NCBI GenBank assembly: GCA_019358915.1
Contig: JAHHIM010000055.1
Span: 160,001-224,000 of the forward strand
From: Trichormus sp. ATA11-4-KO1
GTDB lineage: Bacteria > Cyanobacteriota > Cyanobacteriia > Cyanobacteriales > Nostocaceae
DNA: 64,000 nt
Reading direction: 5' to 3'
The notes beneath the pieces are model-generated. The model ran no database searches and was not told where the DNA came from. It was given only the letters and a program-made list of their open reading frames with translations. Of the stretch, positions 30,177 through 42,802 are shown in pieces; the first letter of the stretch is position 1, and every line of letters begins with the position of its first letter. Both the position numbers and the translations under genes were made by a program.

Positions 30177-30845
30177 TTGTTAGCCATTGACCAGCGCCCT
30201 AGAATCAAGAACTAACAACGAGCAACTGAAGAAATAAATATTGTTTTTGGTAAATATACTCAGCAATTTGTTCAACCTGAGCATTTTTCATCTTTACAAC
30301 TTGATACAAATACTTTTAGCCTCCAAATTTACCCATTGGCGGCTGAGTTTACACAATTTGGTAAATTGACATCTTGCACCTAATGATATAAAGCGAATAT
30401 AATTCACGCTTAATACCTTTTATTCTCTCATCACTCTATTAAGCATCTCCTTACAGGAAATGTGGACATGAGTCGGGGAGAATTGAGGCTATTCCCACCT
30501 GACTTGAAAAAGTGCTGAGTGCTAAGTAAAAAAACAACTAGTCTTTAGCTCCTGCTGCTTTTTCATTCGCTCTAGTGTAAGTAGTTTATGGCCGCAGTAA
30601 TTTATAACCAGGCGAATTTGACCGAAATGTAACTCGGCAGTCCTAGGTTATACATCTGTTGGTTGAGGTGCAATATATCAAAACAGAAATTTTACCCATA
30701 AGGATGTGGGCAATTCGTCAAACAATTGTTATCTTTCTTAATACAGAGGTACAAATGTATGAGGGTTACTAGCCTACTTATTATACCTTTGGGACTTCTG
30801 TAGTCGATAGTATATTTTACGCGTTGTTTTTCTCGGAGTTTATTT

Positions 30846-31043
30846 ATGAGTCAACCCATCGAACTTTCTTTGGAACAGCAATTTAGCATCCGCTCCTTTG
30901 CTACCCAAGTACAGCACATGAGCCATGATCAAGCTAAAGACTTTTTAGTCAAGCTTTATGAGCAAATGATGGTGCGGGAGGCAACTTATCAGGAGTTACT
31001 GAAGCATCAGTGGGGCTTAGATTCTGGTTCCACTATGGCATAG
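30846..31043 (+). CDS. nblA: Phycobilisome degradation protein
   Basis: LSLEQQF..RSF...V..MS..QAK.FL..LY.QM. Confidence 0.95.
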   Translation: MSQPIELSLEQQFSIRSFATQVQHMSHDQAKDFLVKLYEQMMVREATYQELLKHQWGLDSGSTMA

Positions 31044-31494
31044 AAGTTTGTGTCGCAGTGGGCGACCTCCTTCTCTTGCTTAGTTCCAGGGAGGAAAGGA
31101 GCTGGGGATGCTGGGGCGTCAACTCAAATAAGCACTTAAAAACTAATAATTGAGAATCCAAACCTTGATTCAGCAAGCTTTGAGGCTGCATATGTGCTTT
31201 CCAATCTACTGTAGCTTTGGGGTTATATAAAAATTAGGCTTGGGTAAATTTAATTTACGCTTTGCTTATCTAAAGAATTGCATCTATGTATACTTAAAAT
31301 TTTGCTGTAATACATACAGCTTTATTTTGCATACATTTTAGTAGATGCAGCTTTATAACTGTCATTGATGCTCATTATATTTTCTATAAATAAAGCTTAC
31401 AACTAGATATATATTTTTCTTAACAAAGATTTACATTCTTAAAAAAGTACTATTTCTGATATAGAAGTTACATATAGCTTCTGAAATTTTGCCT

Positions 31495-31615
31495 TAAGTA
31501 GGGCGGTGTAAATAAAGCTCACTCGTGAAGGTCGTCATTAGTCATTGCTCATTGGTAAGGGTTTCAGGTATATTTACACTTTGTCACATAGTTATGTTTA
31601 TTCGTGCCCACCTAC

Positions 31616-31618
<3 letters not shown>
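31495..31618. mobile_element. MITE-like element, family A copy 2
   Basis: TAAGTAGG...CCTACTTA ends; terminal TTA coincides with the kinase stop codon. Confidence 0.6.
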
Positions 31619-33169
<1,551 letters not shown>

Positions 33170-33190
33170 AGAAAATTCGACTCCAATGTT

Positions 33191-33480
33191 CAAGAAAGGC
33201 AGAAGGCAGAAGGCAGAAGGCAGTTCCGATGAAACGAGTTTCACAGCCAAGTATGAAAGAGAGACTAGAAGCTAGAGACTGGAATTTTTACTCAGCACTC
33301 AGCACTCAGCACTCAGCACTTTCAAGTCAGAAGGGATTTATCTCTTCTCCGAATGCCCGAACCGTATTGCGACCACTCGTGAGCAAGGGTTTAAGACCCC
33401 CACTCAATCGAAGAATTGAGTGGCTCCCGTTCAGGAGGCGTCCCAATCCCCTTTTGAACGGAACCTTCTGCCTTCTTCAA
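33191..33480. mobile_element. Composite repeat element, family B copy 1
   Basis: CAAGAAAGGCAGAAGGCAG... / ...CCTTCTGCCTTCTTCAA ends; core GAGCAAGGGTTT.AG.CCCCACT shared with 59381-59575. Confidence 0.6.
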
Positions 33481-33638
33481 CGAACTCACGTTGATTTAGT
33501 TTTAGTGTGCCCAATTTTGACTAACTAGATATCTCTGGACATCGCCAAAACCAAGATGAGAAAGTAGGGAATGGGGATTAGTATTTTTACTCAGCACTCC
33601 CCTTCGACTTCGCTCAAGTCCAGCGCACTCAGCACTTT

Positions 33639-34142
33639 CTATGTTGACTGACGTTCTAAGCTAGCTTCCATTGTATTGGTTAAAACATGACCTGCCATAA
33701 CGCCACTGCTGAGATAATATGTATCTTCTGAAATGCGGTGCATGGTTTCAAAGCCGCTACGCCGTTGGCGATCGCCTAATACCCAATAACGCTGCACGAT
33801 AGTATCTAAACCAATCCAACCCTCACCTTCAACTTGCCCCAAAATATTATGTTGCAGTAAAAAAGTATACTGGCGCTCACCATCATGTAAACGTCCTTTG
33901 TATTGCAAAGAAATTTCTGAGCGATCGCTACCTGGAAATATCAGCTTTGTTGCCATTGTGAACCAATTATCTCGATTCCAAGCAACTAAGGTCATGCCCT
34001 TAACGCTGATTGGCATACCATGACGCTCCAGCCAACTTCCTTGCATTACCCAGCGTCCTGGTTCCAATAAAAAAGTGTGAGCCACCTTGTACTTTCCTTG
34101 ACTTAATCCAGTACCCCTAAGACTTAAAGATATATTAGTCAT
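33639..34142 (-). CDS. Conserved hypothetical beta-rich protein (true start probably a downstream GTG)
   Basis: HTFLLEPGRW...GFE; function not recognised. Confidence 0.7.
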   Translation of the reverse strand: MTNISLSLRGTGLSQGKYKVAHTFLLEPGRWVMQGSWLERHGMPISVKGMTLVAWNRDNWFTMATKLIFPGSDRSEISLQYKGRLHDGERQYTFLLQHNILGQVEGEGWIGLDTIVQRYWVLGDRQRRSGFETMHRISEDTYYLSSGVMAGHVLTNTMEASLERQST

Positions 34143-34227
34143 TGGTCATTGGTCATTAGTCATGAGTCATTAGTTGCTTTTTACACCTCCCACACTCCCC
34201 CCATCTCCTTGTCCCCTTCCTATTCCC

Positions 34228-35478
34228 TCACAATCCTTGATGAATTTCTCCCAAAAGTACTTCATACGGTGCGCCAGTGGCAGCAGGTAAGTTACCAGGA
34301 ATACCCTGCTGTCGCCAGTAGGCTAACACAGCAAAGGCGATCGCTTCTTTAAAATCTGCATTTAAGCCGACTTCATCTGTAGTCAAAACTGGCACTGATG
34401 CCATCAATAATTGTAATCTTTGTTTTAAGTAGAGATTGCGACTACCGCCACCACATAATAGTACCTGCTGCGGCATTTGCGGTAAAAAACTACGGTAACT
34501 GTGAGCAATCGAAGCAACTGTGAGTTCTGTGAGCGTTGCTAGCAGGTCGGCGGGACTAAGTTGGTATGGTGCGGCATCTTGTAAACACTGATGCAAGTAA
34601 GTCACACCGAATAATTCGCGTCCCGTAGATTTAGGCGGCGGCAAATGAAAGTAGTCTTGCTGGAGCCATTGCTCTACTAATGGATAGCAGGGAGTACCAC
34701 TTGCTGCCCAATTGCCACTTTCATCGTAAGTCTTGGCACCAGCCGTTAAATGCTGCACCGCCAAATCCAACAGGCTATTTCCTGGGCCAGTATCCCAGCC
34801 CCGAATTTTAGACAGCCAGTCATGACGGCGGGGTGGAATGTAAGCAACATTGCCAATTCCACCTAAATTTTGAATGCAACGTCCTTCTTGGGGATGACTG
34901 AGCAAAAAAGCATCTACTCTGGGCACAAGCGGCGCACCATGACCACCAATGGCGATATCAGCAACGCGAAAATTACTCACAGTTGTCATTCCCGTGAGAT
35001 GGGCAATTAAAGCACCGCGACCTAGTTGGAGGCTATAACCCAAAGGAGTGCTGAGTGCTGAGTGCTGAGTGCTGAGTGAGGAGTGAGGAGTAGGAAATTC
35101 TCCCCCTGCTCCCTGAGGTGGTCGATGGTATACTGTCTGACCGTGGGAGCCAATCAAAGTTGCTGACTGATGACCAATTTGAATATTTTGGGCGGCTTGG
35201 GCGAAGGCAAAGGCGATCGCATCATCTATTTCTGCTAATTCTGCTATGGAGATAGCTGCACCGGCACAAACAGCTAATATTTTTTCTCTGAGGTTGGGGG
35301 TGTAAAGATATGTTTCACCTGCTAGTAACTCAATTTTGAGATCCAAATCTGTACCAGAAATCTCTACCAAGGCAGCGTCTATACCATCTACGGAAGTACC
35401 ACTGATTAAACCAATCACGCGAGTAGATCCGGTAACTTGTTCATTTGGATGTATTGGCAGAGATTCTTTGGTAATCAT
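34228..35478 (-). CDS. anmK: Anhydro-N-acetylmuramic acid kinase
   Basis: [49 protein letters not shown]. Confidence 0.95.
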   Translation of the reverse strand: MITKESLPIHPNEQVTGSTRVIGLISGTSVDGIDAALVEISGTDLDLKIELLAGETYLYTPNLREKILAVCAGAAISIAELAEIDDAIAFAFAQAAQNIQIGHQSATLIGSHGQTVYHRPPQGAGGEFPTPHSSLSTQHSALSTPLGYSLQLGRGALIAHLTGMTTVSNFRVADIAIGGHGAPLVPRVDAFLLSHPQEGRCIQNLGGIGNVAYIPPRRHDWLSKIRGWDTGPGNSLLDLAVQHLTAGAKTYDESGNWAASGTPCYPLVEQWLQQDYFHLPPPKSTGRELFGVTYLHQCLQDAAPYQLSPADLLATLTELTVASIAHSYRSFLPQMPQQVLLCGGGSRNLYLKQRLQLLMASVPVLTTDEVGLNADFKEAIAFAVLAYWRQQGIPGNLPAATGAPYEVLLGEIHQGL

Positions 35479-35572
35479 AAATTTTGTGAAATCTTTATTA
35501 AAATGAGGAATTTTAGTAGTTTAAAAACCCCTCACAATTCTATTTTTATCTAGGGAATGGGGGCTAATTTTA

Positions 35573-36172
35573 TTAGTTTTGTTGAAGGTTAATTTCTTGT
35601 AAATCAAGAGCATAATTTAATCGCAAAACATTAACTCCCGGTTCACCAAAAATCCAAAGAAATCTGCCATCAGTATACTTATTAATTAAAGGTAGTATTT
35701 CATCATCTCGTACACCACGGGCACGAGCAACCCGGCTCAATTGTTGTCTTGCTGCTCTCAAAGAAATATGTGGATCTAAGCCAGAGCCTGAAGTATAAAT
35801 TAAATCGGCAAGGGGTTGAATATTTTCGTCTCGGAATTGATTTGCTTGTTCGACAATTCGATCCAATAGTGCTGGATTACTAGGAGCGAGATTACTAGCA
35901 CCAGATATACCAGTTGGATTAGCCCTTTTCCCTTCACTATATCTCACAGCACTAGGGCGACCATGAAAATATCGTTCTGATGTGAATGACTGGCCAATCA
36001 AAGCTGAACCAATGGGTTTTGCTTCTATATTTACCATGACACTGCCGTTAGCTGGAAACGGAAATAAGGCTTGACCTAATACCAGAATGGCAAGAGGATA
36101 AATGATTGCTGTTAGTAACCACAGAACCAAAGTTATACGAATTGCTCTGATAATCTCTCGAATAAAATACAT
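35573..36172 (-). CDS. kdpC: K+-transporting ATPase subunit C
   Basis: ANGS, IGQ.F...YF.GRPS, SGSGLDPHIS, VNVL.LN.ALD. Confidence 0.95.
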   Translation of the reverse strand: MYFIREIIRAIRITLVLWLLTAIIYPLAILVLGQALFPFPANGSVMVNIEAKPIGSALIGQSFTSERYFHGRPSAVRYSEGKRANPTGISGASNLAPSNPALLDRIVEQANQFRDENIQPLADLIYTSGSGLDPHISLRAARQQLSRVARARGVRDDEILPLINKYTDGRFLWIFGEPGVNVLRLNYALDLQEINLQQN

Positions 36173-36347
36173 AAAATTTTCTATTTGTTCTCAAAATTTA
36201 ATTGTGACTTGTTTCCTGGGTCAAGTTCTTTATTCATACTTCTCTTGTGGTTTACCTTCTAAACAGGGTAAAAATAAAAAAATTCTGTTAAATGCCATTT
36301 GTTTTCACTAGGAAACCCCAGACATGAAAATGGCTCTTTTTTTCTTA

Positions 36348-38447
36348 CTAAACTAACCCCACTGCCGTAATTAGTACATCTATTAATTTAATGGCGATAA
36401 ACGGCAAAATTACCCCACCTAAGCCATAAATTAAGATGTGGCGTTGTAGCAGTTGATTAGCTGTTAAGGGTCTAAACTGCACTCCTTTCAAAGCTAAAGG
36501 AATTAAAGTAGGAATAATCAAAGCATTATAAATCAACGCCGATAGTACAGCAGAATTAGTGCTAGACAAATTCATAATATTTAGACTTTGCAAGTTAGCA
36601 GCAGTAAAAATAACCGGAATAATGGCAAAGTATTTAGCAACATCATTGGCAATGGAAAATGTAGTCAACGCCCCACGGGTAATCAGTAATTGTTTACCAA
36701 TACTCACGATATCGATGAGCTTGGTGGGATCAGAGTCCAAGTCCACCATGTTGGCTGCTTCTTTAGCGGCTTGAGTACCTGTATTCATAGCCACGCCGAC
36801 GTGAGCTTGTGCTAGTGCAGGAGCGTCATTAGTGCCGTCTCCTGTCATCGCTACCAATTTGCCTGCTGCTTGTTCCCTTTGAATAACACTCACTTTATCT
36901 TCTGGTGTAGCTTCAGCGATGAACTCATCTACTCCGGCTTCATTGGCAATCACAGCTGCGGTAATTCGATTATCTCCAGTGAGCATGATGGTACGTACAC
37001 CCATGCGGCGTAACTGCTGAAAACGCTCACGGATACCAGGTTTGATGATGTCTTTCAGATAAATCACACCATAAATTTCGTTATCTAAACAAACTGCTAA
37101 GGGTGTACCTCCTTGTTGAGAAATTTGTTGATAGACAATATCTATATCTGGGGATTCTTTGCCATTACGGGAACGGACAAACTCTTTAATTGCTTTGACT
37201 GCTCCTTTACGAGCCTCACGTCCACCAGAAAAGTTTGTGCCACTCATCAGCGTTTTGTCAGAAAACTCTACCCCTACTGCTTGGTTGGGATCAAAATCAA
37301 ATCGTGCGCCTAACCTTTGTGCTAGTCGGACAATTGATTTTCCTTCAGGTGTATCATCAAATATGCTAGCGGCCAAAGCAATATGAGCCATTTCCTCTAA
37401 TGAGTGGCCGTTGATGGGGATAAAATCTTCTGCCAAGCGGTTGCCGAGAGTAATTGTGCCTGTTTTGTCCAGAACTAGGGTGTTGACATCGCCACAGGCT
37501 TCCACAGCTCGTCCGGAGGTAGCAATGATGTTCAATTGGGTGACCCGATCCATGCCAGCAATACTAATGGCGCTTAGTAATCCTCCGATGGTGGTGGGAA
37601 TTAGCGCCACCAACAGGGCAATCAAAATTGGTACACTAACTGGACTGTCAAGATAGTAGGCAAATACGGGCAAGGTGACCACAACCAACAAACATACTAG
37701 GCTCAAAATTACTAGTAATAGAATTAAGGTAATTTCATTTGGTGTTTTGCTGCGTTTTGTCCCTTCTAATAAAGTAATCATCCGGTCAAGAAACCCTTTG
37801 TCTGGGTCAGCTGTGATGCGGACAATTAGTTCATCAGAGATAATACGCGTACCACCAATAACCGAACTGGCGACATCTGAGCCTGATTCTTTCAAGACTG
37901 GTACAGATTCTCCAGTAATTGCTGATTCATCCACTGAGGCAGCACCCATGATCACTTTGCCATCAGCAGGAATGATATCGCCAGCTATCAAGTAGATGGT
38001 GTCATTTTGTCTGAGGCTGGTGGAACGAACCTCAGAAATTGTGCCATCGGGAGCAAGTTTTTTCGCGATCGCCTCTGACTTTGTGGATCGTAAAGCATCA
38101 GCTTGGGCTTTACCCCGTCCTTCAGCCACTGCTTCCGCAAAATTAGCAAACCAAACGGTGCAGAACAAAATCCCAGTTAGTAGGCCGTTGAATAGTCGAG
38201 GATTCTGCGCTGGGGTGGGGATAAATAAGTTGGGATCAATGGTTAGCAACAGGGTAACAAGTGTCGCTATCCAAACCAAAAACATGATGGGATTTTTAAT
38301 TGCATACTGAGGATTAAGCTTGACAAAAGCATCCCTGATGGCTCTAAGGTAGAGTCTTTTGGCATTGATCTTGGATTGTTTACCTGCTTGGCGGCGATCT
38401 CCAGGACGAGAACGTGGTGATCTAGAGGTAGGTGCGACTGAATTCAT
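36348..38447 (-). CDS. kdpB: K+-transporting ATPase subunit B
   Basis: TGES, IPTTIGGLL, DKTGT, TGDN, GDGTND, ANDVAKYF. Confidence 0.96.
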   Translation of the reverse strand: MNSVAPTSRSPRSRPGDRRQAGKQSKINAKRLYLRAIRDAFVKLNPQYAIKNPIMFLVWIATLVTLLLTIDPNLFIPTPAQNPRLFNGLLTGILFCTVWFANFAEAVAEGRGKAQADALRSTKSEAIAKKLAPDGTISEVRSTSLRQNDTIYLIAGDIIPADGKVIMGAASVDESAITGESVPVLKESGSDVASSVIGGTRIISDELIVRITADPDKGFLDRMITLLEGTKRSKTPNEITLILLLVILSLVCLLVVVTLPVFAYYLDSPVSVPILIALLVALIPTTIGGLLSAISIAGMDRVTQLNIIATSGRAVEACGDVNTLVLDKTGTITLGNRLAEDFIPINGHSLEEMAHIALAASIFDDTPEGKSIVRLAQRLGARFDFDPNQAVGVEFSDKTLMSGTNFSGGREARKGAVKAIKEFVRSRNGKESPDIDIVYQQISQQGGTPLAVCLDNEIYGVIYLKDIIKPGIRERFQQLRRMGVRTIMLTGDNRITAAVIANEAGVDEFIAEATPEDKVSVIQREQAAGKLVAMTGDGTNDAPALAQAHVGVAMNTGTQAAKEAANMVDLDSDPTKLIDIVSIGKQLLITRGALTTFSIANDVAKYFAIIPVIFTAANLQSLNIMNLSSTNSAVLSALIYNALIIPTLIPLALKGVQFRPLTANQLLQRHILIYGLGGVILPFIAIKLIDVLITAVGLV

Positions 38448-38454
38448 GTTGTGT

Positions 38455-38500
38455 GGGGAGTGGGAATGGGGAGTGGGGAATGGGGAATGGGGAATGGGGT
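38455..38500. repeat. STRR-type (GGGAATG/GGGAGTG) array between kdpA and kdpB
   Basis: Read directly; a C-rich partial mirror follows at about 38520-38550. Confidence 0.8.
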
Positions 38501-38554
38501 GAAATTGCTTCTATAATTCTCCCTCACTCCCTCACTTCCTCATCCCCTCTTCTT

Positions 38555-40240
38555 CTAACTGCCAGAAGCTAGTTTAAAACCCTCGGCGATCGGGCCTAAA
38601 GCCAAAATGGGGAAGAAAGTCAATAGCCCCAAAATCAGCACTAATCCGGCTGTGGCAGTGGTAAATAGCAGAGAATCGGTTTTGAGGGTACCAGGAGTTT
38701 CCGGTATTGTTGGTTTACGAGACATCCCGTCAGCCAATAGCAAGATGGCAATAATTGGAATGTAACGCCCTACCAAAATACTGAAACAAGTACTTAAATT
38801 CCACCATATTGTGTTATCCGCTAATCCCTCTAAACCAGAGCTATTATTGGCACCAGCTGCGGCATACTCATAAACTACTTGGGAAATACCATGAAAGCCA
38901 GGGTTGGTAATTCCAGACAAAGAAAACGGATAAGCCAATGTAATGGCACTGGGAATTAAAACTACAATGGGGTGAATCAACAGCACCACGCTGGCAAGAA
39001 TAATTTCTCGCCTGGCAATTTTGCGCCCTAAAAATTCTGGGGTGCGTCCTACCATTAACCCAGTTAAAAACACGGTCAAAATTAAATAAATGAATAGGTA
39101 AGCCGTGCCAATTCCTTGACTTCCCCAAATAATTTGCAGAAATAAGTTAAATAAACTCGAAAATAATCCTGATGGCATCAAAGAATCGTGCATCCCGTTG
39201 ACAGCACCACACATAGTCGCGGTAGTCATGACTGCCCACAGTGCTGTTTGTGCCCAGCCAAATCGAATTTCTTTGCCTTCTAAATTGGGCTGTTCTAATC
39301 CCAATGTATTGTTAACAAGGGGATTGCCTTGTTGTTCTCCGCCCACGGCTAACCAAACTAAAATTACGAAAACTACAAATACCATCCAAAACAGTAGCCA
39401 AGCTTGTTTGATGTTTTTGGCAAATACGCCGTAGGTGTAAATTAAGGATGCTGGAATCGAAATCATGGCGATGATTTCGATTAAATTAGTAGCGCCATTG
39501 GGATTTTCAAAGGGGTGAGCCGAGTTAACGCCAAAAAAACCACCGCCGTTTTCACCCAACATTTTGATCATCTCAAATGATGCTACTGGCCCTCTAGCAA
39601 TATATTGGGTTCCTCCCTCTAGGGTTTGGACAACTAGCGGTTCACGTAATGTTTGTGGTACACCTAACATCACTAAGGCGATCGCGCCAATTACTGAAAT
39701 GGGTAGTAATATTCTGGTAATGCCACGGGTCAGATCAACATAAAAGTTACCCAGCTTTTTGCCTGTCAAGCCGCGAATAAAGGCAATACCCACCGCCAAA
39801 CCTGTAGCAGCTGAGGTGAACATTAAAAAGCCTAAAGCTGCTGCCTGGCTAAAATAACTTAAGGTTGTCTCACCAGTGTAGTGTTGTTGGTCGGTATTTG
39901 TTACAAATGAAATGACTGTATGTAGCAATGTGTCCCAACTAGGCGCACCCAAGTTATTAGGGTTCCAGGGTAATAATCTCTGAAAGAATATCAGCGAATA
40001 TACTAAAATACCCATGAATAGGTTAGTGATTAATACTGACCGGATATACTGTCCACCCGTCATCTCATCTTTTGGGCGGACACCCGCTAGCACAAAGAAG
40101 CCGCGCTCTATTGGGTTCATTAAGGGAGCGAGCAACGTTCTTTCTCCCAAGAAAACACGCGCCATATATCTTCCCAAAACTGGAGTGATAGCTATGACAA
40201 TACACAGTGTCAAGCCGATTTGTAAAAAACCTTGTCCCAT
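38555..40240 (-). CDS. kdpA: K+-transporting ATPase subunit A
   Basis: [43 protein letters not shown]. Confidence 0.96.
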   Translation of the reverse strand: MGQGFLQIGLTLCIVIAITPVLGRYMARVFLGERTLLAPLMNPIERGFFVLAGVRPKDEMTGGQYIRSVLITNLFMGILVYSLIFFQRLLPWNPNNLGAPSWDTLLHTVISFVTNTDQQHYTGETTLSYFSQAAALGFLMFTSAATGLAVGIAFIRGLTGKKLGNFYVDLTRGITRILLPISVIGAIALVMLGVPQTLREPLVVQTLEGGTQYIARGPVASFEMIKMLGENGGGFFGVNSAHPFENPNGATNLIEIIAMISIPASLIYTYGVFAKNIKQAWLLFWMVFVVFVILVWLAVGGEQQGNPLVNNTLGLEQPNLEGKEIRFGWAQTALWAVMTTATMCGAVNGMHDSLMPSGLFSSLFNLFLQIIWGSQGIGTAYLFIYLILTVFLTGLMVGRTPEFLGRKIARREIILASVVLLIHPIVVLIPSAITLAYPFSLSGITNPGFHGISQVVYEYAAAGANNSSGLEGLADNTIWWNLSTCFSILVGRYIPIIAILLLADGMSRKPTIPETPGTLKTDSLLFTTATAGLVLILGLLTFFPILALGPIAEGFKLASGS

Positions 40241-40847
40241 TTATTTCGCACTCAATTCAAGTTTAATGATCGAAAGCTAATTATTTAGATATTTAGATAT
40301 AGCAAATGAATTACTCTGCAATTCAATCACGAGCAGTTGGGTAATGTCTATATATATGTAACCTCAATTCATTTGTTGTTTTTAGTTAATACTATTTTTC
40401 ATATTTTTTTTCAGGTTTCCGTCAAAAATATTTAAACTTTATTTTTATATAACTTGTGAATATTACTTGCCTACATAACAAATTCCTGAAATTTGCTAAT
40501 GTAAAATACATTCTGAATTATAAAATTATGTATAAAAATACACTAATTACTCATGGACGTAAACTAAACTAAGAGTTAGCAAAAGATTATATTGCATATT
40601 TAGCCTTTTGGGTGAAAATAAGTATCTTGCGAAAATAAACTACAATAGTCAAGTTTAATGAGCAAATAATATTAACTCAAGATTTTTAGCTTTATTCTGG
40701 CAAATTATGCCCAAATCTGGCATAAAATTAAGTTTTAGAGTTAGATGTATAGCAGTTGCCACTTAGTTTAGGGCATAAACTAATCATAAAACCTATAAGT
40801 GTAAGCCTGTCCCCTGTTATAACGGCTGACACCACAATAAAAAGAAT

Positions 40848-42326
40848 ATGTTTACTAAAGAATCTTTTGCAGCCAAGGAAACCAACTATTCTCAACGCAA
40901 AGTGTTGATTGTCGGTGGAGGCCCCGCAGGTCTAGCGACTGCATTAATGTTAGCCAAACGTGGTTGGACAAAGATTACGGTTTTAGAACAACGGGCTAGT
41001 GCTGATTATTATGAACCTGACAAGTCGTTTCATTATCTAATTGATGGTCGGGGTCAAAAATTAACAGATTTTTTTGGACTTACCGACCAAATATCAAAAA
41101 TTAGTGTTCCCAATACAGAATTTTACTTAACTCAAATTAAACCTGATGGCAGTCGCAAAACATCGAAATTGCCTATCGTAGATCCCAACAGGAAAACTGC
41201 CTATTGGCTACCACGAAAAGCCTTTGTTTTGTTGTTATACCAAGAAATCACACAACATTGGCAAGATGCAGTTACTGTATTATTTAATACAAAATGTATT
41301 CAAATTAATAAAATTCAGGAAAAGCTGGAAGTAACTACACAAGATAAAAACGGTAGTATTGGCAAGTTTGAGCCTTGTCTGCTGGTTGGTTGTGATGGCA
41401 TTTACTCTCTTGTCCGTAACACCCTCAAAGAGTGGGACAAATCCACATCGGACAAATTTGAGATGAAGTTTTTTCCTTCACCCAGTTCCGGGCTGAGGTA
41501 TAAAGTGTTAAGTCTACCGCCAAAGTTTCCCCTTGATCGCAGTGGCAATGAATATGCAGTGAGTCATATGGCATATGCTATTCGTGGAGCTTTCCGCGAT
41601 CGCTTGCGTGCTTTTTCTCTGGGTTTACTACCGTTCCATAACCCCGATGAACCCAGAACAGCAAATGTGATTACACGACCAAACCATAAAATCTGGGAAT
41701 TGAAAACCAATGCGGAAGTTTACGATTTTTTTGAGCAAGCTTTCCCCCAATTACCCATACGCCAAATAGTTTCACCCACGGAGGTTGAACGATTTGCTAA
41801 AAGTGAAGGGGGTTGTTTTCCTGATCCGCAATACTGTTCTAAATTGCAATACTTGTTACCGCAGAATCAGTCATCGGCTACTGGGGTTGTACTCTTAGGA
41901 GATGCCATCCACTGCTTTCCTCCAGACATTGGACAAGGGGTAAATTCAGCATTGGAAGATGTCTATGTCTTGAATGAAGCACTCACTAAGAGCGATGATG
42001 ATCTCTCACAAGCGCTGCCTCTATACGAATCCTGGCGGCTTCCTGATGTCAAAGCTTTGGTACGTCTGGCTCAAGTTGCCTATCCTTGGCAGTATAATCA
42101 GGATCGCTTAGGGAAGAGGCTATGGAATATTAACTTTTTTCTGAGATTTTTACTTAGTCGGTTGCTACCTTACATCTTCAATCCTCCAGCTTTTTTGCTG
42201 ATCCAGAATCATCAGTTTTCGTATCAAGACATATTGAGGAAGGCTCAGAGTACCACTCGAACCTTATATGTACTTGGCCTAATCATTATTTTTGGGTTTT
42301 TAGTTTTAGTAAGTACTAACGGGTAA
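40848..42326 (+). CDS. FAD-dependent monooxygenase (kynurenine 3-monooxygenase-like group)
   Basis: GGGPAG, GCDG, LLGDAIH.FPP.IGQG.N.ALED; C-terminal TM helix. Confidence 0.85.
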   Translation: MFTKESFAAKETNYSQRKVLIVGGGPAGLATALMLAKRGWTKITVLEQRASADYYEPDKSFHYLIDGRGQKLTDFFGLTDQISKISVPNTEFYLTQIKPDGSRKTSKLPIVDPNRKTAYWLPRKAFVLLLYQEITQHWQDAVTVLFNTKCIQINKIQEKLEVTTQDKNGSIGKFEPCLLVGCDGIYSLVRNTLKEWDKSTSDKFEMKFFPSPSSGLRYKVLSLPPKFPLDRSGNEYAVSHMAYAIRGAFRDRLRAFSLGLLPFHNPDEPRTANVITRPNHKIWELKTNAEVYDFFEQAFPQLPIRQIVSPTEVERFAKSEGGCFPDPQYCSKLQYLLPQNQSSATGVVLLGDAIHCFPPDIGQGVNSALEDVYVLNEALTKSDDDLSQALPLYESWRLPDVKALVRLAQVAYPWQYNQDRLGKRLWNINFFLRFLLSRLLPYIFNPPAFLLIQNHQFSYQDILRKAQSTTRTLYVLGLIIIFGFLVLVSTNG

Positions 42327-42792
42327 AAACAGCTTTCTTCATGCCCATTTCTTCCACAGTTACGGGGCTGCCATCCTTGGTAAAATCAAAAGATTTAGTG
42401 ATTGGCCCGTGAATGAACAATGTCCATGCCTGTTGACCATCTTCAATCCAGATGCAATGGTATTTTTGGGCAGACCGGAAAATGATTGAACCTGGCCGAT
42501 ACCACTTAACTCCTTGTTCTGTTTTCTCCCAGTAACCGCCTTTTATAATAATACTAATATTGAACCAAGGATGGTTGTGCAGTAAGCCTTTGTACCATTC
42601 TGGACGATCTAAAATTTGGTTAAGGGTGACATTAAACCAGCGATTTTGGGGAAACAAGATAAAGTGAATATGCTGCCGAGGCTCTTTCTGTTCTGAATCA
42701 TTAAAGGCAGTTAAGCAAGGGCGAGACTCTAGATATTTATTGAATAATCTGGTAAGCACAGCAATACCTCCTATTAAACTTAGTGATTTCAC
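42316..42792 (-). CDS. Cupin-fold hypothetical protein
   Basis: LHNHPW..ISIIIKGGYWE ... YH.I ... WTLFI.GP. Confidence 0.65.
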   Translation of the reverse strand: MKSLSLIGGIAVLTRLFNKYLESRPCLTAFNDSEQKEPRQHIHFILFPQNRWFNVTLNQILDRPEWYKGLLHNHPWFNISIIIKGGYWEKTEQGVKWYRPGSIIFRSAQKYHCIWIEDGQQAWTLFIHGPITKSFDFTKDGSPVTVEEMGMKKAVFTR

Positions 42793-42802
42793 AAACCCAT
42801 GA

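Noticed and set aside
33229..33528. ORFs containing [11 protein letters not shown] (also 62567-62845, 62607-62810)
   Set aside because: Translations of STRR and composite repeats
36173..36347. Possible kdpF/kdpG between kdpB and kdpC
   Set aside because: Only 18-22 codon minus-strand ORFs without a KdpF-like hydrophobic helix
36559..39434. Many 60-106 aa ORFs overlapping kdpB/kdpA (similar ones over gyrB, priA, proA and others)
   Set aside because: Antisense or alternative-frame shadows of well-supported genes
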